Shown here in pieces: positions 28,611 to 38,246 of a stretch of 42,128 nucleotides of DNA; the stretch's first letter is position 1; the number at the start of each line of letters is the position of its first letter. This DNA comes from Candidatus Firestoneibacteriota bacterium. Lineage in GTDB: Bacteria; Oederibacteriota; D2-FULL-39-29; JBBTED01. Location of the stretch: the NCBI GenBank assembly GCA_038042445.1, contig JBBTED010000006.1, forward strand, positions 1 to 42,128, given 5' to 3'. The position numbers and the translations under genes are program-made. The notes beneath the pieces were generated by a model, which was given only the letters and a program-made list of their open reading frames with translations, was not told the DNA's origin and ran no database searches.

Positions 28611-28673
28611 AATTTTTTACTATGGTCTGTAACCAAAGGGAATGATGGAACCATATTTTTCCACCAGACCATA
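28611..28673 (-). repeat. TATGGTCTG element, copy D (long form)
   Basis: Minus strand TATGGTCTGGTG-gaaaaatatggttccatcattccctttggtt-ACAGACCATA-gtaaaaaatt-ATG. Confidence 0.85.
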
Positions 28674-28678
28674 ATTTT

Positions 28679-29380
28679 CTATTTGTTTGCTAATTTCACA
28701 AGCCAGATACTTATTTCATATAATGCAACCATAGGTAAAGCTACAATTATTTGAGTAAACATATCAGGACTCGGAGTAATAATAGCTGCAATAATAAAAC
28801 ACCCTAACATTGCATATTTCCATTGTTTACGCATAACCTGAGAATTAAGAATGCTTAATTTTCCAAGTAAAAATGCAATTGCAGGCATTTCAAAAATAAT
28901 TCCACATGAGAGTAAAAGTATTAATGTAAACGATATATAACTTCCAATTGAAATCATTGGTTTTAAATTATCATTTCCAAAACTCAATAGAAATTTAATT
29001 GCAGAACCTAATATGAAATATCCAAAACAAATACCACAAATAAATAAAATAAAAACAAACGGCAAAAACAATATTAGATACTTGCGTTCCTTCCATAAAA
29101 ATGCAGGTGAAACAAACCTCCATATTTGATACAAGATTATGGGTGATGCAATTACAACTCCTCCAATAATAGAAATTTTTATATATGCTAAAAATGCTTC
29201 TGTTGGAGTTAAATATACAAGTTTACCAGATATAGGTGTAGTTATTAAATTATAGAGATGTTCTTTAAAAGTATAAGTTGTAATTGTTCCAATTAATACA
29301 GCACTAAGTGAAATAATTATTCGTTTTCGAAGTTCATCTAAATGATCAACAAATGTAAGCTTTCGTTCATTATTTTCCAT
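28679..29380 (-). CDS. tatC: Twin-arginine translocase TatC
   Basis: HLDELRKR, YQIWRFVSP, FEMP, AAIITPSPD and LYEISI. Confidence 0.96.
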   Translation of the reverse strand: MENNERKLTFVDHLDELRKRIIISLSAVLIGTITTYTFKEHLYNLITTPISGKLVYLTPTEAFLAYIKISIIGGVVIASPIILYQIWRFVSPAFLWKERKYLILFLPFVFILFICGICFGYFILGSAIKFLLSFGNDNLKPMISIGSYISFTLILLLSCGIIFEMPAIAFLLGKLSILNSQVMRKQWKYAMLGCFIIAAIITPSPDMFTQIIVALPMVALYEISIWLVKLANK

Positions 29381-29560
29381 TTATCCAATTTTTTTATCAT
29401 TATCTTCTTTATCAATTCCACCTTCTTTTACTGCTTTTTTAAATTCTTTTATTGAATTACCTAATGCTTTTCCAATTTCTGGTAATTTGCCAGCACCAAA
29501 TATAATAAGTGCTATGATAAATATCACTATTAATTCCGGAAAACCAATATTTCCCAACAT
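29381..29560 (-). CDS. tatA: Twin-arginine translocase TatA (59 aa, absent from ORF track)
   Basis: [48 protein letters not shown]...; SD GAGGTG. Confidence 0.95.
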   Translation of the reverse strand: MLGNIGFPELIVIFIIALIIFGAGKLPEIGKALGNSIKEFKKAVKEGGIDKEDNDKKIG

Positions 29561-29580
29561 CTTTCATCACCTCAAGCGTT

Positions 29581-29610
29581 ATTATATAACTCTTGTAACA
29601 TTTTTGTCAA
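29581..29610 (-). promoter_or_regulatory. Consensus sigma70 promoter of tatAC
   Basis: TTGACA-18 bp-TATAAT on the minus strand. Confidence 0.75.
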
Positions 29611-29685
29611 TTCATTTGAGACTTCAAAATACATTACTAAATACTGTTGAAATGAAAAGGATATCTAAAAATGTCTATTTGAAAT

Positions 29686-30135
29686 TTAAACGAGAAGTCG
29701 TTTTACTTCACTCATAAATTCACTTACATCTTTAAACTGACGGTATACTGAGGCAAATCGAACATACGCCACTTCATCAAGACTACGTAATCGTTTTACA
29801 ACCATTTCTCCTACTTCAGAAGCCGGTATTTCTTTTTCTAAACGGTTCTGGATTTCTTTTTCAATATCTGAAACTATACGTTCTATTGCATCCAAACTAA
29901 TAGGTCGTTTTTGACAAGCAATTCTAATACCACTGAGTATTTTATTACGATCAAATGGTTCTCTGCGATTATCTTTTTTAACAACTACTGGTAGAATTTC
30001 TTCTATTTGTTCATAGGTTGTAAATCTACGCGCACATTTTAGACATTCTCTTCTTCTTCGAATTGCCTGAGCGTCTTTGCTTGTACGCGAATCAATAACT
30101 TTATCTTCTTTATAACTACAATATGGACATTTCAT
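29686..30135 (-). CDS. nrdR: Transcriptional repressor NrdR
   Basis: MKCPYC, VIDSR, RRRREC, ATP cone and AYVRFASVY. Confidence 0.97.
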   Translation of the reverse strand: MKCPYCSYKEDKVIDSRTSKDAQAIRRRRECLKCARRFTTYEQIEEILPVVVKKDNRREPFDRNKILSGIRIACQKRPISLDAIERIVSDIEKEIQNRLEKEIPASEVGEMVVKRLRSLDEVAYVRFASVYRQFKDVSEFMSEVKRLLV

Positions 30136-30182
30136 ATAATAATGTAAAGCTAAACTATGTGTATCATATTAGGAGAATTTTG

Positions 30183-30887
30183 TCAATATTTTCCCATTAT
30201 ACTGTTGATTTTTATCTGAATAAGTTCTGCCAACATTTTAAAACTATCATTTAAGGGTTTAATTTTACTGCGAGCATCATTTATCCATACAACTGGCAAT
30301 TCTTTTATTTTATATCCCAATTTCTCAGCAATATACAAAATTTCGACATCAAAAGAAAATCCTGCTATTTTTTGTTTTGAAAAAATGTTTTTTGCTGCTT
30401 TTTTTGTAAAACATTTAAAACCGCATTGAGTATCTTTTATATCTGGTAAAAATATAGCAGAGCGTAAACTTGCAAAAATATCACCTGAAATTTTTCGAAA
30501 TAATGGTTGAGGAATTTTAACTTTCGAATCTTTTAGTTTTCGTGAACCAATTACAATATCATAACTTTCATTGAAATATTGAAAAAATTTATCCAATTCT
30601 TCAATTGGGGTAGATAAATCTGCATCTGAAAATAGAATATAATCACCAATTGCATGCAACATTCCTAATTTAACAGAAGTCCCTTTCCCTTTTTTTTCAG
30701 TATTAACTAAAATTTTAACATCAGAATACATCGCTTTAGCAGTTTCTGCGGTTTTATCATCAGAGTGGTCTATTACAATAATGATTTCAAATTGCATTTC
30801 ATTATTGCTACAATATTGCACAATTTTATCAATAGTATTTCCAATACGTAATTCTTCATTTTTGGCTGGTATAACAATAGATAACAT
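30183..30887 (-). CDS. GT2 polyprenyl-phosphate glycosyltransferase (DPG-synthase-like)
   Basis: SIVIPAKNE, GKG, DADLS, DTQCGFK and FDVE. Confidence 0.9.
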   Translation of the reverse strand: MLSIVIPAKNEELRIGNTIDKIVQYCSNNEMQFEIIIVIDHSDDKTAETAKAMYSDVKILVNTEKKGKGTSVKLGMLHAIGDYILFSDADLSTPIEELDKFFQYFNESYDIVIGSRKLKDSKVKIPQPLFRKISGDIFASLRSAIFLPDIKDTQCGFKCFTKKAAKNIFSKQKIAGFSFDVEILYIAEKLGYKIKELPVVWINDARSKIKPLNDSFKMLAELIQIKINSIMGKY

Positions 30888-30894
30888 ATATTTT

Positions 30895-32502
30895 TTAATT
30901 AATTACTTTAAATATTTTAACGTTTGAAATCTGATATACTACCGTTAAATATTTTACATTATCAGGATTAAAATCACCCAAATTTTTCTCAAATTGTCCA
31001 TAATATAAATAATCTATTGAGTTTTCCTTTAAAACATTTGTTCTAAAATCATCTGCTGTCTTTGAGTTGAAAAATTTATTTAAAATATCAAGTTTATCTG
31101 AAAAATTTGGTGTATTATGGTAATGTCCTACAAAAACACTATTACCAGTTCTTCCAGGTAAATACATACCAATGATAAATGAAGATATAAAATTACTTGG
31201 TGATTTAATATTTTTGTTAATCCATTCAAATGCAGAAAAATCATCTTCATAAATATTGTAATTTAAATAGTATTTTTTTACACCATTGAGATTATCAAAA
31301 ATAAATTTAAATGTTGATGGTAAAGTTATAAGTAATAACAAAATTAAAATAACCTTGGCGTTAAAAATTCTTTTTTTTGAAGAAATGTATGAGCTAAATG
31401 CAAATATGCCTTCTGTTGCAAAAATACACAATGGAATTTGTGCCCCTAAAATGAATCGTCGTTGAAAATTGAATGGAAGATACGTTAATACCATAACAGC
31501 AAAAATCCACGATAAAAGTAATAATTTTTCAGTTTTTGCTGATTTTAATGTCAAAAATATTCCCCATATTGCAAATGGAATCAACAAACCATACCCAATA
31601 ATATAACTATAGGGATTTGGAGATATTGTTATATTAACATCTTTCCATGCTTTAAAAACTTCAGCAAAGTTAAATATGTAGTATTCATATATCAGTGCTG
31701 GTAAGGCAATCAGAAATACTATCAAAAAGTTCTTGATAATGTTTATATCAAGTTTTTTCTTATTTATGTAATCACAAATGATGTAAATAACTAATGTGGT
31801 ATAAACTGTTACAAGGTCATAAGGATGAATAAGTGTAAGAAGTAAACTGAAAATTCCTGCAAAAAATGCATACAACCAATAATTTTTTTTACAGGAAATC
31901 CAGAAGAAGTAAAAAATCAAAAGCATTAAAGCAAGTGATACTATGAAAATTGGGCGTGTTGCTACTGTGAAAAAGGTAAATCCCTCAGTAATCCATAAAT
32001 CTATAGGCATTAATGCAAATGTTTTACCAAGTTTTTCGTAGAGTTCTCTTGAAAAAAGCCAACCAAATCCTGAAGATATTGTAATTAGAATAAAGCTATA
32101 TAATCTCCTATTTTTTTCTTCAATAAAAATTCTTATAAAATAATAAATAAGTAATAACAGTAAAAAACCTGTTATAATTCTAAAAATGTGATAGCCATCT
32201 GTTACATTTGAGTTAATAAGTTTTATGAATTTGCCCATTAAATAAAATAATGGGTGAAAAAAATTGTTGGACTGTTCTTGAACAGTATATAGGTTTTTAA
32301 ATAATATATTACCCTCTACTCCTTGTTTTATCCATCCAAGATAACTATTTTGGTCAAAACTACCCTCAAAAAAACCCATAAAGCACATATTTTTAGGAGT
32401 ATATGTAGAAGCAATATAATATGGAATTATGGTAATAAGACTTAAAAAAACAGACCACACTATGGCAATTAGCAATTCATTTTTGAAAAATTTTATTTTC
32501 AT
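30895..32502 (-). CDS. Polytopic membrane protein, GT-C-like
   Basis: About 11-13 TM segments, DQNSY loop, HPYD and a soluble C-terminal domain; adjacent to GT2 and YfhO. Confidence 0.55.
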   Translation of the reverse strand: MKIKFFKNELLIAIVWSVFLSLITIIPYYIASTYTPKNMCFMGFFEGSFDQNSYLGWIKQGVEGNILFKNLYTVQEQSNNFFHPLFYLMGKFIKLINSNVTDGYHIFRIITGFLLLLLIYYFIRIFIEEKNRRLYSFILITISSGFGWLFSRELYEKLGKTFALMPIDLWITEGFTFFTVATRPIFIVSLALMLLIFYFFWISCKKNYWLYAFFAGIFSLLLTLIHPYDLVTVYTTLVIYIICDYINKKKLDINIIKNFLIVFLIALPALIYEYYIFNFAEVFKAWKDVNITISPNPYSYIIGYGLLIPFAIWGIFLTLKSAKTEKLLLLSWIFAVMVLTYLPFNFQRRFILGAQIPLCIFATEGIFAFSSYISSKKRIFNAKVILILLLLITLPSTFKFIFDNLNGVKKYYLNYNIYEDDFSAFEWINKNIKSPSNFISSFIIGMYLPGRTGNSVFVGHYHNTPNFSDKLDILNKFFNSKTADDFRTNVLKENSIDYLYYGQFEKNLGDFNPDNVKYLTVVYQISNVKIFKVIN

Positions 32503-34720
32503 ATCTCCAATTTATTAAGAAAAAACTAACTATACCTATTATGGTAAAAAGAGAAATAAACATACCAATTCTAAATGATAAAGGATTATAGATAAATTTA
32601 ACAGTATATTTCCCAGGTAATAGATTTACTTCGCGAAAATAGTACTTGGTAGGTAAAATTTTATCTTTTTTTTCATTTACATAAACTTGCCAGCCAGGAT
32701 AGAACATATCAGCTAAAATCAAATTGTCTTGTTTTTTAACATTAACATCTATAATTATTTTTTCTGGATTGTACTCTACCAATTTAGCACCTCCATTTTT
32801 ATTTTCAAAATATACCCTAGGGAAATAGGACATATTTTTATACAATTTTACTCTATTATCAACATCAACTAATTTCAAATTCTTTCCAGTTAACGTATTA
32901 TTACTTATTATATATTTAACATTTGCAAAATCAAGTATAGAAGTATCATGTGATGAGGTTTGTTTTTCGATAGTATTCTGCATTTTTTCATAAACTGAAA
33001 GTCTCATTGGGTCATATCCATTGAAGTGCTGAATTTTAAACGGAATATTAAGATTTGGGAATATAAGTGTTTTTGCATCAGTAAGCGGTGTTATATCTTC
33101 AATTTTCTCATTTAAAAATGGATGAAAATGCTGTGAATTAAAATCAGAAAATGCAGAAGGAGCGATAATTACACGAAACAGTTCTGTGTCTTTTTCCAAA
33201 ATACGAGCAAATTTGGATTTTTCTTTTAAAATTGAAGCAGGAATCAATGGATTCAAATTAATACCAAAATTAAATAAATCAATGACAAGACATAATATTG
33301 GTACAACAGAAAATAAATAATGTTTTGATTTTTTATATCCCCACAATACCAATACTGAGACACTCAATATTAATATACTTTTTGAAAATTCAGCATAAGC
33401 AAAATTGTATTTCTCAACAAATTTTAAAGTATCAGAAAAATTCATATTTTGCAGAAAATGAATTTTAATAACTCTAAGAATTAAATTATGGTTTAACCGT
33501 TCGAATATTAAACATATCCAGATAAAAATAGTAACAGAAAAAGCACCCCCCCAAAAGAACTTATTTTTTTTAGTTGCAGATTCAAATGCTGACATTCCAA
33601 ATCCTGCCAAAACTGAAGCCGAGAATATGACAAGAAACATTATAATCGCTGGATAACGAATCACATTAAATCCTGGTAAAAGATTATATAAAATATGGTA
33701 GACTGGTGTGTATTTTCCAAATGCGATTATTATTGCAAAAATTATTATAATTAAAAAAAAGATTGTTAGTTTCTGAATATTTTTATGTAAATTAGTAAAA
33801 TTGCATATTAAAAATAGAATCAAAAGAAGTGGTAAAATACCAATATATATAGATGTTATCCAAAATGAAACCGGCAAAGAAGTATTTCCTAATGTTGGAT
33901 TTCCAAAGAAAAAAGGGGTAAGAAAATTTATTAAGGCAATTGGTGGAAAAGAATTCCATGATGCAATTGGAAAGTCCATTTGCTGTCTTGAGGAAAGTTT
34001 TAAAAATTCCAAACTTGGTAATAATTGTACCATTGATATCATAACTGCACTTAAAAAAATGAGCCCAAAAAGTCCGAATTTGGCAAAAGTTTCTTTTGCA
34101 GAAAAATCAATGGATATTGCAAATATTGCAAATATTGTATATGCAAGTAAAAACAAAATAGTATAAAATAATATTTGTGGGGACCCTGCTAAAAATTGAA
34201 TAGCAAGAAAAATTCCAGTAATTATTGCATTTTTAATTGATTTTTTTTCAATCGCACGATGGTAAAAAAGAAAAATCCATGGTATCCATACTAAACTACC
34301 AAGAACACTTAAAAACTCTATACGTGTAATTATATAACCATTAAAAGAAAAAATTATACTTGAAATAAATGCTGAAGATTTTGAAATATTAAACTCTTGC
34401 AATAAAATATATATTCCTACTCCTGCGATAAATATATGTATAATAACAAATAGTTTTATCCCAATTTCAAAACCAGCTAAATACAAAAAAGTTTTAAAAG
34501 GATAAAAAACTGCAGATTGTAGATTGGCAATAAATGGACTACCGCAAAAACTATATGGATTCCATAATGGCACCTTGTAATTTCGGATAGAATCAATTGC
34601 AAAGTTAGACCATGGATAAAACTGAAGCATCATATCACGATAAAAAAATATCTTGTTTGTGAACAAGGCTTCTGAAAAAAAAGAAATAATAAAGAAAAAA
34701 AGCAGTAAAATATATATCAC
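32477..34720 (-). CDS. YfhO family GT-C membrane protein
   Basis: PLWNPYSFCGSPFIANLQSAVFYP, YIG, RYP, GYDP and YPGW. Confidence 0.85.
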   Translation of the reverse strand: MIYILLLFFFIISFFSEALFTNKIFFYRDMMLQFYPWSNFAIDSIRNYKVPLWNPYSFCGSPFIANLQSAVFYPFKTFLYLAGFEIGIKLFVIIHIFIAGVGIYILLQEFNISKSSAFISSIIFSFNGYIITRIEFLSVLGSLVWIPWIFLFYHRAIEKKSIKNAIITGIFLAIQFLAGSPQILFYTILFLLAYTIFAIFAISIDFSAKETFAKFGLFGLIFLSAVMISMVQLLPSLEFLKLSSRQQMDFPIASWNSFPPIALINFLTPFFFGNPTLGNTSLPVSFWITSIYIGILPLLLILFLICNFTNLHKNIQKLTIFFLIIIIFAIIIAFGKYTPVYHILYNLLPGFNVIRYPAIIMFLVIFSASVLAGFGMSAFESATKKNKFFWGGAFSVTIFIWICLIFERLNHNLILRVIKIHFLQNMNFSDTLKFVEKYNFAYAEFSKSILILSVSVLVLWGYKKSKHYLFSVVPILCLVIDLFNFGINLNPLIPASILKEKSKFARILEKDTELFRVIIAPSAFSDFNSQHFHPFLNEKIEDITPLTDAKTLIFPNLNIPFKIQHFNGYDPMRLSVYEKMQNTIEKQTSSHDTSILDFANVKYIISNNTLTGKNLKLVDVDNRVKLYKNMSYFPRVYFENKNGGAKLVEYNPEKIIIDVNVKKQDNLILADMFYPGWQVYVNEKKDKILPTKYYFREVNLLPGKYTVKFIYNPLSFRIGMFISLFTIIGIVSFFLINWRYENKIFQK

Positions 34721-35397
34721 ATTTCTTTTTCTATCTTTTCAATTGCAGATTTTAAATTATCCAAATGTTTTTTGACTTCTTTGAAAATATTTTGCATCTG
34801 TTCTTTTTTTGAGTGTTGAACTGTTTTTTCATCAGATAGCGTCGGCTTTAAAATCTTCTGTTGCATTAATTCATTAAGACGTATACGGGCTTTTTCATTT
34901 CGGGGTTCAGCTTCTAATATTTTTTGGTAAATTTGTATTGCATCATTTACTAATCCCTGTTTTACATATATCTCCGCAATAGTAGATGTTAGCATTTCAT
35001 CTTTGTGAGAATTAGTTTCAAATACACTCTCTACTCGCTGCAATGTAGTAATTTTTTCTAAAGTCTTTTGGGCATCTAAATTACGGCCCAATTTTTCATA
35101 TACTTCTCTTAAAAGAACATTCGCCATTATATTCGATGAATCAGAGTGAACAATACTTTCAAGCTCGTTTAATGCTTCCTGATACATTTGTTTTTCAACA
35201 TATATTCTCGACAATAAAACATTAGCTCCAGTATATGTAGGATGAATTTCTAAACCACGTTTACAAATTATAATTGCGTCATCTAACATTCCAGTTTTTC
35301 TGTATAATTGCGCAAGTGGCAAGAAAATCAAAGAATTAGGATTTTCTATAAGCTTTTTTTTGTATTCTTCTATTTGTATATTTATATCTTCTGACAT
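34717..35397 (-). CDS. Tetratricopeptide repeat protein
   Basis: NPNSLIFLPLAQLY and TIAEIYVKQG TPR helices. Confidence 0.85.
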   Translation of the reverse strand: MSEDINIQIEEYKKKLIENPNSLIFLPLAQLYRKTGMLDDAIIICKRGLEIHPTYTGANVLLSRIYVEKQMYQEALNELESIVHSDSSNIMANVLLREVYEKLGRNLDAQKTLEKITTLQRVESVFETNSHKDEMLTSTIAEIYVKQGLVNDAIQIYQKILEAEPRNEKARIRLNELMQQKILKPTLSDEKTVQHSKKEQMQNIFKEVKKHLDNLKSAIEKIEKEM

Positions 35398-35447
35398 ATA
35401 AGAAACGTAAAACGCAAAGTGAAAAGTTCAAAACCAAAGTTAAAAAT

Positions 35448-36389
35448 TTATGGTAATGGTCGCGGCAACAACCCTGCACCTTCAATGATTTTAGGAACAA
35501 TTTCTTCCCATGCTACTGCCATTAAGTGTATTCCACGTACTCCTTCAATTTTTTTAACTTGATGAATCAATTCAATACAAATTTTAACACCTTCTTCTTT
35601 TTCAGTTTTTGTTTCTTTTGCTTTAAGCATTCTGTCAACAAATTCCTGAGGTACTGAAACACCTGGAACATTATCTTTCATATATTGTGCCATTCTTGCA
35701 GATTTCATTGGAATTAGCCCTGGTAAAATAGCAACTTTTTGATCTAATCCTTTTTTTCTTATTTCTTCCATCCACTTTGCAAATTTTGGAACATCAAATA
35801 CTGCCTGTGTCTGTATAAATTCAGCACCAGCAGAGATTTTTTTTGCCAATCTATTAGTCCTGAATTCAAATGGATCAGCATAAGGATTTTCTGCTGCGCC
35901 CAAAAATATCTTTGGCGGAACTTTTATTTCTTCACCAGATGCAAATTGTTTGTCATCACGCATTTTTTTTAATAATGCAATCAGTTGCACTGAGTCTAGA
36001 TCAAAAACACCTTTTGCTTCAGGATGATTTCCGAATTTTTGATGATCACCTGTTAAACACAATATATTTTTTATACCCAGTGCCGCAGCACCTAATACAT
36101 CGCTTTGAATTGCAATTCTATTTCTATCTCTGCAAACAATTTGAATTACTGGTTCTAACCCCATTTGTGTTAAAATCACACCTGCCGCTATGCTTGAAAG
36201 ACGGACAATTGCTGTTTGATTATCAGTTATATTAATTGCGTCAACGTATCCTCTTAATAATTCACCAATTTTTTTAACCTGTTCTGCATCTGCACCTTTT
36301 GCAGGACCAAGTTCACCAGTAACTACAAACTCTTTTTTTGCCAAAAGTTTTTCTAAATTGCTACCTGCTTTTTCCATATATTCCTCCAA
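35448..36389 (-). CDS. metF: Methylenetetrahydrofolate reductase
   Basis: CRDRNR, LTGDH, GAEFIQTQ and GIHLM. Confidence 0.93.
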   Translation of the reverse strand: MEEYMEKAGSNLEKLLAKKEFVVTGELGPAKGADAEQVKKIGELLRGYVDAINITDNQTAIVRLSSIAAGVILTQMGLEPVIQIVCRDRNRIAIQSDVLGAAALGIKNILCLTGDHQKFGNHPEAKGVFDLDSVQLIALLKKMRDDKQFASGEEIKVPPKIFLGAAENPYADPFEFRTNRLAKKISAGAEFIQTQAVFDVPKFAKWMEEIRKKGLDQKVAILPGLIPMKSARMAQYMKDNVPGVSVPQEFVDRMLKAKETKTEKEEGVKICIELIHQVKKIEGVRGIHLMAVAWEEIVPKIIEGAGLLPRPLP

Positions 36390-36390
36390 T

Positions 36391-37056
36391 CTACATTAAA
36401 TCTTCACGAACCATTTTTCTTGGACCACCATGACCTGCTGATCTCCAATCACGAATTGGAACTATTTCCTCAAGTGTATCTAATTTGCCGCGTAGTTTAA
36501 GCCGATCATAAATAAGTTGCCATGCACAGTCTATATCTTTGCTTACTTCGCATTTACCACCTTCAGACCCTCCACAAGGTCCATTTAGCAAACTCTTTGA
36601 ACATCTCACAATTGGACAAATATCACCCGTTTTATTTAATACACATGTTCCACAACCACTACATCTTTCTACCCATACACCAGGTTTCAAAAGACCACCA
36701 TAAAATGTAGTATCAAGTGCAGGCAAAACTTCTTTTTCTGGAACTTTATCCGAAATTCCCTGAACACCAACTCCACACGCCATTGAGATTATTGCATCTG
36801 CAGTTGTATATTTTTCTGCTATTTCAGCTATAAATTCTGGCTCACACTGTCTTCTTATAGTAATTTCTTCTATTTCAATTGAATTTCCCTCTTTATTGCG
36901 AAGTATTTTAAGCTCTGAAGCAAGAATTGCTACTTCTTTTTCACCACCAGAATGACACACCGTTACACATTCACCACATCCAACTATCAATACTTTTTTA
37001 TAGTTTGCAACCATTTTCGATATTTCTTCTAATGGTTTGCGTTGTGCAACTATCAT
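36391..37056 (-). CDS. metV: MTHFR Fe-S small subunit MetV
   Basis: GCGECVTVC, CSGCGTC, CPIVRCSKSLLNGPCGG and CAW; directly upstream of metF. Confidence 0.9.
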   Translation of the reverse strand: MIVAQRKPLEEISKMVANYKKVLIVGCGECVTVCHSGGEKEVAILASELKILRNKEGNSIEIEEITIRRQCEPEFIAEIAEKYTTADAIISMACGVGVQGISDKVPEKEVLPALDTTFYGGLLKPGVWVERCSGCGTCVLNKTGDICPIVRCSKSLLNGPCGGSEGGKCEVSKDIDCAWQLIYDRLKLRGKLDTLEEIVPIRDWRSAGHGGPRKMVREDLM

Positions 37057-37109
37057 TTTATCCTCCTAACTATAACAGGATTTTATTCACCTGTTTGAAA
37101 TTATGCTTC

Positions 37110-37138
37110 ATTATAAAATATAATTAATATATGGTCAA
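37110..37138 (-). promoter_or_regulatory. sigma70 promoter of metVF
   Basis: TTGACC-17 bp-TATAAT on the minus strand. Confidence 0.65.
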
Positions 37139-37223
37139 TAAAAAATTCGGGGGGTTCTTTTTTATTTCTCCTTTATTCTCACATACTTATATCATTCCCT
37201 TCACCCTTATTACGAATGATCCA

Positions 37224-37461
37224 AAGATTACATTTGGGAATAGATCTGACAGAGGTGCCATAAATCATTCTGTTGCTATGAATTTTACCCAAACTGCTAA
37301 ATTACATGGATATAATGTTTGAGATTTTATATGAGACATTAATAGGTAAAAAAGAAAAATTAGAAGAATTTCTTGAAGCTACTAAAGCACAACTACCTTA
37401 ACATATTTACATAAATAAACATGAAACTTAGAAATGCAACTTGCAATGGCTAACCTGTTAC
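37224..37461 (+). mobile_element. IS66-family transposase 3' remnant with putative right terminal IR
   Basis: KITFGNRSDRGA...TQTAKLHGYNV* resembles the IS66 TnpC C-terminus; stop and frameshift follow; the end GCTAACCTGTTAC reads GTAA... on the minus strand. Confidence 0.65.
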
Positions 37462-37520
37462 TTGTAATTGAAATGATGAAATAATTATTCTTAATTTTTT
37501 ACAATTTATATAACAACTAT

Positions 37521-38135
37521 TTATTTTTTAGAACGTTCTACCTTAACCTGATCTATCAAAAAAGTCCTCATTTGAGTCCTGGGATTTACAGTGATTAATC
37601 CAATTGCAAAGTGTACAGCAGTAATTTTTCTTATTTCTAATTTAGCACCAGAATTATCCTCAAAAACAAATTCAGAAAATGGCAGAACAACTTTGTGCCA
37701 TTCTTCATCAGTCAATGATATCTGTGCATTTAAATCCCATCTTCCACCCCAACACCATAACTTAGCAACACCAACATTATTCACTAATACTATAAATGTC
37801 CCATCAGAACCATCACCTTTAATCCAAAAAGTTAAACTATCATAGCCATTATTTTCCCATTCTTCTGCACCTATAATACCTGGTATTTGAAATGCTCCCC
37901 CAGCCTTTTCACTTATGCCACCTAATGTTATTTGCATACATCCACTACCATATTTAGCCACATTACCTATCCACTGATTATCAGCATTGCTATAAGAAGA
38001 AAATCTTTTGCCACTTTCAAAAGATTCAATTACAATTCCTCCAGAGAAATCAAACTCTTCTGCATAAAGCTTAAACACTCCAAAACTTATTATAGCCATT
38101 ACCACTAAAATAATCTTCTTATTTACCATATTCAT
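37521..38135 (-). CDS. Secreted CBM11/CIA30-like carbohydrate-binding protein
   Basis: Signal peptide; LTFWIKGDGS, EWHKVVLPFSEF and FLIDQV. Confidence 0.7.
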   Translation of the reverse strand: MNMVNKKIILVVMAIISFGVFKLYAEEFDFSGGIVIESFESGKRFSSYSNADNQWIGNVAKYGSGCMQITLGGISEKAGGAFQIPGIIGAEEWENNGYDSLTFWIKGDGSDGTFIVLVNNVGVAKLWCWGGRWDLNAQISLTDEEWHKVVLPFSEFVFEDNSGAKLEIRKITAVHFAIGLITVNPRTQMRTFLIDQVKVERSKK

Positions 38136-38149
38136 ATCCTCCTATACTA

Positions 38150-38197
38150 TTAACTGGTATCCGTTATATCAAAGCCAACTGACTTTATTTCTATCAT
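38150..38197 (-). pseudogene. 15-aa mini-ORF, probable HAD-hydrolase N-terminal remnant
   Basis: GGAGG SD followed by MIEIKSVGFDITDTS*. Confidence 0.45.
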
Positions 38198-38246
38198 TAT
38201 TATACCTCCCTCTTTTTAAATTTTTTCTTATTTTTTAAAATCTTTT

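Noticed and set aside
25693..28672. MVWW... upstream ORFs in element copies C and D as Trp attenuator peptides
   Set aside because: Downstream genes are unrelated to Trp, the peptides diverge in frame after 5 residues, and copy B stops after 3 codons.
10709..28673. Dispersed repeats as CRISPR or integron attC arrays
   Set aside because: No regular repeat-spacer periodicity, no cas or intI gene, and the flanked genes are housekeeping.
35400..35447. Degenerate A-rich 6-8 nt periodic sequence between metF and TPR
   Set aside because: Too short and irregular to separate from low-complexity background.
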